A stretch of DNA of 64,000 bases from Octopus vulgaris (Eukaryota). Numbering within the stretch: position 1 is the first letter of the stretch; every line of letters begins with the position of its first letter. Below are positions 25,381 to 35,554 of the stretch, in pieces. The notes beneath the pieces are model-generated. The model made no database searches and was not told the DNA's origin. It saw only the letters and a program-made list of their open reading frames with translations. Where the stretch lies: contig OX597818.1 of the NCBI GenBank assembly GCA_951406725.2, forward strand, positions 1,550,001-1,614,000. Reading direction: 5' to 3'. The translations under genes and the position numbers were made by a program.

Positions 25381-25680
25381 GATCTGATTTTGATTAGCCA
25401 AAAAATTGATGACGTTTTACCTCAGTGGTCAAGCTTGTCGCCATGCTTGATTGGTTTCCTTACAAGATACAGTTATGGGTCAGGTCTAATTCTGATTCGT
25501 TAAAAAATTGATGGCGTTTTTCTTCCGTGGTCAAACTAGCCGTTCTGCAAGGTTAGCCACCTAACAGGATACAATTATGGGTCAAATCTGATTTTGATTC
25601 GCTAAAAAATTGATGACGTTTTTCTTCCGTGGTCAAATTGTCGTTCTGCTTGGCTGGTTTCCTAAACAGGATACAGTTGG
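25381..25680 (+). repeat. Tandem repeat, 3 diverged copies of ~102 bp
   Basis: Recurring tctgattttgatt...aaaaaattgatgacgtttt...gtggtcaa...ggatacagtt. Confidence 0.85.
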
Positions 25681-26115
25681 GGGTCTTTTCCTTGGCTTTG
25701 ATTGGTTTGGAATTATATGACGTCAGTGAACAGTGCCAGAGACCACGGCTACTACTGCTTTCACAGCCACAACTTAACTGATATAAACCCAACGATCACA
25801 AGTTTACCAAAATTACGCTAACAGTCGACAACCAAGAATCACTACTGTTGCTCCCATCGGAACACAAGGTAAAATCTATAATGAACTCCTGCACTACACT
25901 CGACAAAACAGTAAGGAACGACTTACACCTTATAATATATTTTTCGCCTTTTCAAGAACATGGATTCTATTGAATGTATATAGCATGGACTCTATTGAAT
26001 GTATGTAACAATTATGAACTGTTCCATTATACTTTTTATGTATATAGCATGGACACTATTGAATGTATGAAACAATTATGAACTGTTCCATTATACTCTT
26101 TATTATAAAAAAAAG

Positions 26116-26159
26116 TTTTTTGATAAGGTTCGTTATTTCAAGAACCGAAACATGTAAAA
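26116..26159 (+). ncRNA. Hammerhead motif with U3-A8 core
   Basis: TTTT TTGATAA GGTTC gttatttcaa GAACC GAAA CATG TA AAA: perfect 5-bp stem II, palindromic stem III ACATGT, GUA site, weak stem I. Confidence 0.6.
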
Positions 26160-26240
26160 TTAAAATTTATCTAATATACTGGCATTTTCAAACTCCTTTT
26201 TTTACAAATATATACCCACTCGTATACGATCTAATCCTAT

Positions 26241-26308
<68 letters not shown>

Positions 26309-27187
26309 GTGTGCATTATGTGGTCGGTCGGTTCAGCTGAAAATATGCACACCTATGTTAAAAGTGCTGGCGTGTTTGCATGGCAACTATTTTTTTCCTC
26401 AAATGAAAGGCGTGACCTCTAGGACAAAATTCCTCATCTTATAAAATGTAGCCCGAGTAGACCCGAACGAAATTGGGTTATATTAACCAAAATGTGAAAA
26501 GGGGTTTAAATGGGGCTGGAAGGGGATTAAAGTTTACAGGAGCGGGTGTTTAGGAATTCTCTGTCACATCAAGCTAAAAGAATTGCGCCAGCCTTTAAAT
26601 CGTCAATGTGTTGCCGTCCATCATGGTGAGTCTACTTTCGCGAGAAAGAATCACTTCAAAACTTGGTGTTTAGGAATTTTCTTTTACATCAAGTTCAAAA
26701 TTTTACGCCAGCCGTTAAGCTGCCACTACGTTGCTGTCCGTCGTTAAGAAATGCCAGCCATGGTGACTCTACTATCCTCAGATTCTATCCCTTCAAACTT
26801 TGGTTTCCAATATTTGAAAATTTTTATTCAGCTCGCAAGTTCGTCTGTCCCTTTTAAATGTTAGTGTTTTGCTGTCTGCTCTGAAGCAGACCTTTCCGTT
26901 GTCACTGCCTGATATTTATGATTGATCTTTAAAAATATTTTCTTTGTCAACTTACTCAAGATCTTTTGTTGTTTATAAATGGGAGATAGATAGATAGATA
27001 GAGAAAGATAGAGAGTAAGAGAAAGCGAGGGAGTGTCCGAGAGAAAGGAAGAGTAAGAGAATGGGAAGGTGAGAGAGAAAGGAGAGAGAAACAAAGAGGG
27101 AGAATGTGGTGATAAAAAAACAGAAAGGAAGCAACCGAAAGTAACAACCACACTCTTACTCGCGCGTAGAGCGTATATATATAAATG

Positions 27188-28324
27188 TTTCTTTATTAGC
27201 CACACAGGGCTGCACACAGACAGGACAAATTACAAGGTAGAGCTTTTCTTTTGGGGGTTAAAAAAAGGGGGTTTGGTTTTCGATCAAAAGGGATCGTAAA
27301 AGGAAAGAAAGAGAACAAAAAAAGGGGTGGGATAGAAAATAAAAGGAAAAGGAAAAAATCGATCAATAGGGATCGTTATCACAGAATTGTCAATATAAAG
27401 TGTAAAGGGGAGGACAGGTGAGGTTTACCCGTGGAAAGAAAAGCCTACGGAAAAGACCACGGTAACCTCGGTCAATGAAGTCACATGTTATTTTTTTTTA
27501 CAAATAAGCAACTCCCTGTATTAATTTTTATGGTTCATAGGATCATAGTCAAGGTGGCTTCGTCATTCATACGTGCCATCCTTGCTATAGTCACCCATCT
27601 TTTTTTAAAACATTTTTAAAACATTCACTTTCCTCTTCAAGAGATACTTGAAGAAGTTGATGAGAGATTGACCAGAGAGGAAAGTGTTTGTCTCTAATCC
27701 TTTTACGCGCGTCCACCAGATACATTCTTTGGCAATAGCCACAAGTATGATAAAAATAGCTCTTCCTTCCCGTTTGAAGGAAGGAGGCGTGACGACATTA
27801 ACGATAGACTCGGCTGATAAACTGACACGTCCCACACGTGACAGCAGTCGTTCGACATAAGCCCACAGGTCGGTGATTGTTGGACACTGCACGATTGCGT
27901 GCAGAACAGTTTCGTCGCTCTGCCCGCATCTCGGGCAGGTCGGCCCCGTGTTTCTCGAGCCATGCCTATAGAGCTTATCCCGAACGGGTAGCGCTTCTCG
28001 GTAGCACTTCCAGGCCAGGGATCTCTAGAAGTTGTCCATAGGTCCCGGCCCGAAATTCGTTTCAAACAGGCGATTCAGGTATTCCTCGTCGACGCCCAGG
28101 TTTGCCCCAAGATCGTCGTCGTTCCTCCCCTCCACTAATCCCCTATAGAATGCTTTGGTTGTGTTGAAGTCACTCAAAGTCGACCCGGGACGGTAGAGTT
28201 GCTTGAGAGCAACGCGACACTCGCGATGCCATTCGCCCTTCCTCGGCCTCTTTTTGATCCACGACTGCAGTTCGGTCATGGAGACGAGCTGCGGGGAAAG
28301 CGTTCCTCACAAACGGCGACCACA
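27188..28324 (-). mobile_element. Second, shorter 5'-truncated copy of the Tx1-type LINE
   Basis: Closely matches ~336-1412 (MTELQSWIKKRPRKGEWHRECRV; CPTITDLWAYVERLLSRVGRV) with the same 3' end; TA flanks. Confidence 0.9.
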
Positions 28325-28332
28325 TATATATA

Positions 28333-28388
<56 letters not shown>

Positions 28389-28872
28389 CGTGTGTGTGCG
28401 TATATATACATGTATATAAATAAGGATAAGATCATTAGTGTTTATTCTAGATCTTTATCGTATTGTTTCAAAAGTGATAAGGTCAAAGGTCAGATGGTCT
28501 ATGTCAAATAAATCCTGTTATTTGAAACAAAACAGAAAATAAACAAAAAATAAACTAAAAATAAACGAGTAAAGAAAGTTTCTTGCTTGTGTCCAATTTT
28601 GTGGATTAAACACAAACGTTTCTCTAATAAAAACAGTTTGTATAACTTTGAGGTGCTAACCTTTGGTTTACTATTGACTTAAAGTTGTATGACCCCAGTG
28701 TCGAAAGGTAAGAATCATTATCAACGCCTCTACTTCAGCCACACACATACACCTACCCACATCCACACTTAAGTATATGAAAGTACATATGCAGGTGTAT
28801 GCATGTGTGAGTATGTAGATGTATATCTACATCTCTCTTTCTCTCTCTCTTTCTCTCTCTTTCTCTCTCTCA

Positions 28873-28911
<39 letters not shown>

Positions 28912-29686
28912 ATATGTATGTATGTATGTATGTATGTGTGTGTGTTTCTGTAGAGATAGATAGATATACATATTCATATACATACACGCAAACACACATG
29001 TATACACACCTAAATTCATACCCACATACACACAAGAGCGCGTGCACACACACAAATATTTGTATATATTCGCATATATATCTGCATACAATATATACAT
29101 GTACAGTTCAACATAAGCGAATAACTATTTAACTCAAGGAGATGGGAATCTGGAAATTTTATGAAAGAATAAATTGCTGGGTTTTAAAATATGTAAACAT
29201 ATTTTACTACTAAGGCTAAAGAAAAAAATTTCGGATATTATATTAGTGTTCCCCACTTATTGTTATTTTAGTGTGCTGTAATTGATACTTCCCCTGAAGT
29301 CTACTGTAAAGAACACATGCTTTGATACGCAACATACTATAGAATGTGGCAATGTTAAATAATTGGTTGGAATAATTAGTTTTGAAAAGAGAATTTTGAA
29401 TGACTGTATGGTCCACGTGAACAGATCTAAAAGTGTTTATAAAGAACTTTCTCTCTTACCAGCTGTGGGACAAGTACTTTCAGCTAGTTTTATTTAAAAT
29501 TTTTGGAGACAGTAATATGTGGATTGTAGAACTCCTTTGACTCTCATATCGCGGTGAGAGTAGCCGAGTGAAGAAGAGAATTAGTAATTGGTCTAAATCA
29601 ATAAAGTTTAACAGTGCATACATATACACGTGCGCACACACACACACACACAGATGTATGTATACATCTACTTATGCATGTGTGTA

Positions 29687-29748
<62 letters not shown>

Positions 29749-29872
29749 GGATCAGCCATCTGAATGTGGCTAGGGACAGGGCGGGGTGGTGGGGGTGTTA
29801 CTGATGCATTTAGCCCCAGGCGACTGTCCCACCACCCCGCCCTGTCCCTAGCCACATTCAGATGGCTGATCC
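29749..29872. repeat. Perfect 45-bp inverted repeat with a 34-bp spacer
   Basis: ggatcagccatctgaatgtggctagggacagggcggggtggtggg (29749-29793) and its exact reverse complement (29828-29872). Confidence 0.9.
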
Positions 29873-29926
29873 CGCTTATATTATAGAGCAGTTACTGTTT
29901 ATACCTCGCTCAGAGATTTATTATTG

Positions 29927-29969
<43 letters not shown>

Positions 29970-29989
29970 ATCTTTCTCTCTCTCTCTCT

Positions 29990-30393
29990 TTTATCTCTTT
30001 TCTTTTTTACTTGTTTCAGTCATTTGACTGCAGCCATGCCGGAGCACCGCCTTTAGTCGAGCAAATCGACCTCAGGACTTATTCTTTGGAAGCCTAGTAC
30101 TTATTCTATCGGTCTCTTTTGCCGAACCGCTAAGTTACGGGGACATAAATACACCACCATCGGTTGTCAAGCGATGTTGGGGGGACAAACACAGACACAC
30201 AAACATATACACACACACATATACATATATATATACATATATACGACGTCTACCAAATCCACTCACAAGGCTTTTGTCGGCCCGAGGCTATATGGCTATA
30301 TAGTAGAAGACACTGGCCCAAGGTGCCACGCAGTGGGAATGAACCGGAATCATGTGGTTGGCAAGCAAACTACTTACGATACAGTCACTCCTA
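29990..30393 (-). mobile_element. tRNA-derived SINE (same family as 15966-16334)
   Basis: Tail, internal microsatellite, core and head all recognisable. Confidence 0.88.
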
Positions 30394-30399
30394 TGTATA

Positions 30400-31028
30400 T
30401 CTATATATATAAAACTCAACTTTTGTGTCTGTGTGTTTAACTTCCCGGCATATCTCCTTCCTAGCCAACAAATCGTAGAACCACCAAAAATGGGTCACTT
30501 AAAGTTTAGGCGAATGAAAATTGAACTGCGCTATTTCTGTTCCGAAATTCATCTCGCAGGTGCAAAAATCGATAATGTGTTTGTTTAGGCCTTATCCAAA
30601 GCATTGAATAGTGAACTTTACTCAGTCAGCTGTTTGACGTGAACTGTGTTCACCATGCGTGCAAGCATGCGTAAATTGCATGTAAAATGAAACGTCAAGA
30701 TATAAAAACGAATCGCCGTAGAAATTCGTCAAAGAAATGAATTTTCGGGATGTAGCCTGGAGGGTTTTTTCGTATTAATCGTTTGGACTTTGTAAACACA
30801 TACAAATTGTTTTCATAACATTTTTAACGCTTTGGATTAAATGTGACCATTTTGCGTTAAGTTTAAATTACTTTAACGAAATTTTAGCAGGCCGGATTTT
30901 TGATCATCACGATACATCACCAGCGACTCCCCGTTGAGAAATCTATTATATATATAATAATACTTTGAATGTGACTCCTGAGAAAGAGTAAAAGTAATTA
31001 TCCGATGAACGACGGGTATTACTGGTAG
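30400..31028 (+). mobile_element. Non-autonomous Helitron
   Basis: Starts A|TCTATATATATAAAACTC...tgtgtctgtgtg and ends tccgatgaacgacggg tattactgGTAG|T (decayed hairpin and CTAG-like end). Confidence 0.65.
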
Positions 31029-31042
31029 TATATATACATATC

Positions 31043-31561
31043 AAAAAGGTAATAATATAGATTACTATTAGTGGCCCAGCACAAAGGACGAATTAGTCAT
31101 TAGACAAAATATTATTCATATAGAAAAATATTATTCATGTAGAAATATAATTAAGGGCTCCTAAATAAGGATGCCAAGTGCTAGGGACACAAAAAAGGGA
31201 TAAATTTATCGAGAGTGAAAATCAAAAACATTTACCAATAACGATACATCCCGGACTGATATCAGTTTCTACCTCTTTCTAGCAAAACAGACAAAATATG
31301 TTTGCTAAGGCCGGTTTCATCAGCGAGAATCCTGAGTTAAATCGAGATGCGCAGCGTGTTAGACCATGTGTTGATCTAAGCAACTTGCAGATCTTAACTT
31401 TTACAAATCTCTGCGCAGACGCAAAATCTACCCGGTGATATAGGGCATGCCGGGAAAAAATTTTACGAATAAATCTATCAAGTAGTATGTGAATATAATC
31501 AAAAGGGTAATAATATAGATTACTACCAGTGGCCCAGCACAAAGGACGAATTAGTCATTAG

Positions 31562-31566
<5 letters not shown>
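31043..31566 (-). mobile_element. Non-coding unit with ~65-bp direct terminal repeats and an internal hammerhead (retrozyme-like or non-autonomous PLE)
   Basis: ggtaataatatagattacta..agtggcccagcacaaaggacgaattagtcattagacaa at ~31043-31107 and ~31501-31566; period ~458 bp. Confidence 0.7.
31249..31328 (-). ncRNA. Type-I hammerhead ribozyme motif with intact catalytic core
   Basis: Minus: TCTCG CTGATGA AACC...TAGCAAA...TTTGCTAG...GGTA GAAA CTGATATCAG TC CGGGA. Predicted GUC cleavage between 31254 and 31253. Confidence 0.75.
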
Positions 31567-31651
<85 letters not shown>

Positions 31652-31668
31652 TACCGGCCTTCGACTTG

Positions 31669-31725
31669 TAACGAGTTTGATAAGAGCCAACGCAGGAAAC
31701 TCTCGAACGTTGAGTTATTCTGTTA
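31669..31725 (+). ncRNA. Hammerhead-like motif with U3-A8 core
   Basis: TAACGAGT TTGATAA GAGCCAACGCAG GAAA CTC tcgaacgtt GAG TT ATTCTGTTA; stem II is weak. Confidence 0.5.
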
Positions 31726-32557
31726 TTTCTGCTAAGTATATATATATATATATATATATATATCTTTAAATTCGGTCAGTAGTTCATGTATCCGGAAAGA
31801 AGCACACTCTAAAACGTTAGAGCAGTTGTTTGTTATCGCCGGTGACAGAATGACAATTGCTTTCGCACCTTTAAAGCGCTTAGGCAGCTCGGCTTAGCTG
31901 TATAGGCCCCTCGGCTCGTGAGACTCGGGTACAGAGGGTTGGTTCCTCCGGCCAACTAAATCTGACGAGTCGCATATAAAGCTATGTACTTTATATATAT
32001 ATATAAACTTACCGGCCTTCGACTCTCGGTCAGAGATTTAAAATAATATCTCTCTCTCTTTTACGAGATCAACGCATCTTCAGTCGCTAGAAAAGTATAT
32101 AGTACTTTGCGAGTGGGATGCGCTTTCATCACTAGCAAGTGATTAACACACGCTGAGGACGGGTAACCACTCAGAAACAAACTTTTAAATACATACATAC
32201 ACGCACACATATACATGTCTTATATGCAAGCAAGCGCACACGCATGCACACACACACACAATAGTATTACGTCGTGGTATGATAAAAAAAATTACATTAA
32301 AGTGAAGAATTACTCAATACTTTTTGTAGAATGCATATTCATTATTGTTTAACAAGAATAACGTTGACGGGAACTTTGAAGCTTCATCCTACTTAGCCTT
32401 CATGTAACTGTGGTACGCAAGGTAACAAAAGGAATGTAAGTAGGTGGAAAGCTTATTTGGTCTGTTGATACAATTCTAAATTTAATCAGTAAAAAAATCT
32501 TTCATATAATCTTTCCATCTAGAAACTATATAATGCGATGATGAACTCAGTTGTACC

Positions 32558-32602
32558 ACAGTCCGATGAAGGCTAAGCAGGCCGAAACGTCGAAGTTACT
32601 GT
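32558..32602 (+). ncRNA. Hammerhead-like motif, U4C core variant
   Basis: ACAGT CCGATGA A GGCT AAGCA GGCC GAAA C GTCGAA G TT ACTGT. Confidence 0.6.
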
Positions 32603-32710
32603 TAACCCTATTGTTAAAGGTGAATATAAATACATATATATGCATATCTATCAATCTCTCAATATATGTACGTGTGTGTGTGTACGTGTGTGTGTGTGTG
32701 TGTGTGTGTT

Positions 32711-33157
32711 ATATTAATCTCTGAGCGAGATATAAACAGTAGCGGTACGGAACCGTAACATATATTTGTCAACTAAGTGTGGCGTCCTATACAGGACAGT
32801 GCTACGATTCCGTACCGCTAATGTTTATATCTCGGTCAGAGATTTAAAATAATATCTCTCTCTTTTTTACGAGATCAACGCATCTTCAGTCGCTAGAAAA
32901 GTATATAGTACTTTGCGAGTGGGATTCGCTTTCATCACTAGCAAGTAATTAACACACGCTGAGGACGGGTAACCACTCAGAAACTCAAGTCCCTGGTACT
33001 ACGTAAGGCTAGAGATGGGAGCGATGAACTCCCCTTGCAAATATTAATCGGACATAGACTGTATGTCGTTAGCCAGCTGGAAGGGATGTCTTCCTGGGAC
33101 TATAAACCACAGTAGTACTGTCCTGTATAAGACGCCACACTTAGTTGGCAAATATAT
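32711..33157 (+). repeat. PLE-type pseudo-LTR with inverted head segments; partial direct copy at ~32024-32178
   Basis: 32711-32760 is inverted against 32800-32850, and 32763-32805 against 33112-33155. About 155 bp are duplicated upstream. Confidence 0.7.
32955..32995 (+). ncRNA. Hammerhead motif
   Basis: CACG CTGAGGA C GGGT AACC ACTC A GAAA CTCAAG TC CCTG; the upstream copy (32153-32178) stops right after GAAAC. Confidence 0.6.
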
Positions 33158-33279
33158 GTATATAGAGAGAGGGGTGGAAAGAGGGGAGAGAGGGTGGGGA
33201 GGGGAGGGGAGAGAAGGGGGGAGAGGGTGGCAGAGGGAGAGACACACAGACAGACAGATAGATAAGTAACAATAGATAG

Positions 33280-33712
33280 GGCTGCTATAGATATGGCATT
33301 TTAGCTTTTATTTCTAGCAATGTAGGTGTCTTGACACCCTTAGTCACGTTTAGTGACGATTATAGCTTTTCTTTACAGTCTTACATCGCACACGGCTATT
33401 TATAGTAACTTTTCTATACACATTACTGACCCCCTAAATTGACTCATCCCTAAATTTTTATTGCAAATAACATATAGAGATTTTCCCCGGAATCTGCCGA
33501 AAGAGCAATCCTTACTGAGGAGGCTACAGAAATGGCTGATACTGAACGTTCAGTCTCAGGAATTCTCGAGTCGGTGTTTTAAGATTCCAGCCCCGATGAG
33601 CATATATGTATATATTTATGTGCTTTTCCTACAGCAATAGGGCATTTTAGCACTTATTTCTAGCAATGTAGGTATCTTGTCATCCTTTGTTGCGTTTAGT
33701 AATGATTATATA
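33280..33712 (+). mobile_element. Non-coding unit with ~70-bp diverged direct repeats and an internal hammerhead (retrozyme-like)
   Basis: ggcattttagc..ttatttctagcaatgtaggt.tcttg...cgtttagt.a.gattata at ~33295 and ~33641; period ~346 bp. Confidence 0.65.
33509..33561 (+). ncRNA. Type-I hammerhead motif (GAAA reads GATA)
   Basis: TCCTTA CTGAGGA GGCTA CAGAAA TGGCT GATA CTGAACGTTCAG TC TCAGGA; stem III is the 14-nt palindrome ACTGAACGTTCAGT. Confidence 0.7.
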
Positions 33713-33834
33713 TAAATATATCGTTTGTAGAAATACATAAATCCGGAGAAGAGGCACACTCTAAGATGTAGAGCAGTTTATATTATAGTGCGGTAGGCTG
33801 GTTTATGGGATTACCCTGGGTTTATCGTTTATAA

Positions 33835-33866
33835 GGGGTTAGCCTTTCGGCGTATCTTCAGACCCC
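33835..33866 (-). ncRNA. Very small (32 nt) hammerhead-like motif
   Basis: Minus: GGGGT CTGAAGA TACGCC GAAA GGC TA ACCCC. Perfect 5-bp stem I and intact core, but essentially no stem II. Confidence 0.55.
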
Positions 33867-33974
33867 AAACACTGAAGATAGCCGTATATGTGCATTTATA
33901 TATCTTTATATGTGTGTGTGGATATATATAAGTATACATATATTTATACATACATACGTGTATGTATGTGTGTA

Positions 33975-34083
<109 letters not shown>

Positions 34084-34339
34084 ACACGCACACATACACA
34101 CACACGAGTTTCTTACAGTTTAAGGTCTGAAACAGAAACATATTCTAAATGGAGACTAACACTCGATTTATTTGCACAAATATGGATGTGCGTAGGCAGA
34201 TATGCAATATATGCACTTATCTATAATTCCGTCTTTCTTTAGAGACATTCCATCATGGCCAGGAACTTTTTTATGCCGCAGTCTCCCACGTCAAACTTTG
34301 CTATTATGTTTTAAGTAAGACACATTAGATAATGTAGCC

Positions 34340-34600
34340 CGGGCAGACTTTACTTGAGCAATGAAAGATGGTAAAGTCTGCTGCCTTTCAGCAATAACCC
34401 TCTCCAGCAAGGGTTTGACCAAAGTCTCCTGCAGCTTCACATAGTTGTCTGGATTGACCCTAAGGCTGTGTTCCTACAGTTTCTGGATGAATTTTGGCAT
34501 GCAGATGCAGTCGATATGCCTGCTGTGTCCCTTCCTGTCACGGCTTTATAGTTTCTGGCTTTCCAGTGTTCCCAGAGCATTAAGTAGAAGTCATGATGCC
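34340..34600 (-). pseudogene. Highly decayed Tc1/mariner-type transposase fragment
   Basis: Minus remnants HSRHIDCICMPKFIQKL and YVKLQETLVKPLLERVIAERQQ resemble DD37D-type transposases. Confidence 0.35.
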
Positions 34601-34760
34601 AGCATTATGATATCCGGAGCGAAACACCTTGACGTGGGTAATTCTTTTCCAATATTCATATCAGTTGATTTTTTTTTTCTCAACTACATTGCTCACCAAT
34701 ATAGCAAGCTGTTCCTGAAAAAGGGACGCATAAAAGTTGTTAAATTTAGTCTGAACACCC

Positions 34761-34823
<63 letters not shown>

Positions 34824-35461
34824 ATGTATGTATGTATGTATGTGTGTGTGTGTATGTATGCATGCATGCATTTTTGTATGTATGTATCAATCAATCTATT
34901 TATCTGTCTATCTGTGTCTGTCAGTCAGTCTATCTGACTGTCTGTCTTTCTGTCTGTCTATCTATCCGTCTGTCTGTCTGTATGTATGTTTTTATGTATG
35001 TATGTATGTATGTATGTATGTATGTATGTATGTATGTATATTGTCAGTTCTTTTGAAACCACCGGACCCTGACGAAGTTATGCGACCATTTTCTTAACAT
35101 GACATCAATCATATTGACTTGTATAAATGTGATTATTCATTCATGTGTCTATATATCTATCTATGCGCACGTGTGTGTATGTGGTATTTGGAATACATAA
35201 AATCGTTTCATTGGTTGACTGAATTAATGGGATTCATAGGAGTGTTTATAGACAGCAGGGACACAGGAAGAGAAGAGTGTGATTTAAGGTGAACCCAAAT
35301 ACCCAGACATTCCCGAGAAGCTCTTGAGAAGGGAGCGACGTGCTAAGGCAGTGTTGAAATCGTTGTGATTCCCAGATGACAATTGAGAAATTGAGAAATA
35401 CTTCAGTTTGAGGTTTGTGTGTGTGCGTGCGTGCGTGTATGTGTGTGAGTGTGTGTGAAAG

Positions 35462-35485
35462 CTACTACTAGTGCTGCTGCTGCTG

Positions 35486-35553
<68 letters not shown>
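35462..35553. repeat. (CTG)n/(CTA)n compound microsatellite
   Basis: Read directly. Confidence 0.95.

Positions 35554-35554
<1 letters not shown>

Larger units (their letters stand above)
24850..26245 (+). mobile_element. Penelope-like element 3' part: GIY-YIG ORF and long 3' region
   Basis: ORF 24850..25140 (YGLTCAGCNRQYIGHTKNSLRNRMAVH...ELYFIKKFRPSLN). Ends at (TA)n; HHR motif at 26116-26159. Confidence 0.85.

Noticed and set aside
25381-25680. CRISPR-like array
   Set aside because: The whole ~102-bp unit repeats with no unique spacers; eukaryotic TE context and no cas genes.
35255-35367. Possible host exon (GEPKYPDIPEKLLRRERRAKAVLKSL*)
   Set aside because: Short, no convincing splice acceptor, no recognisable homology and no partner exons.
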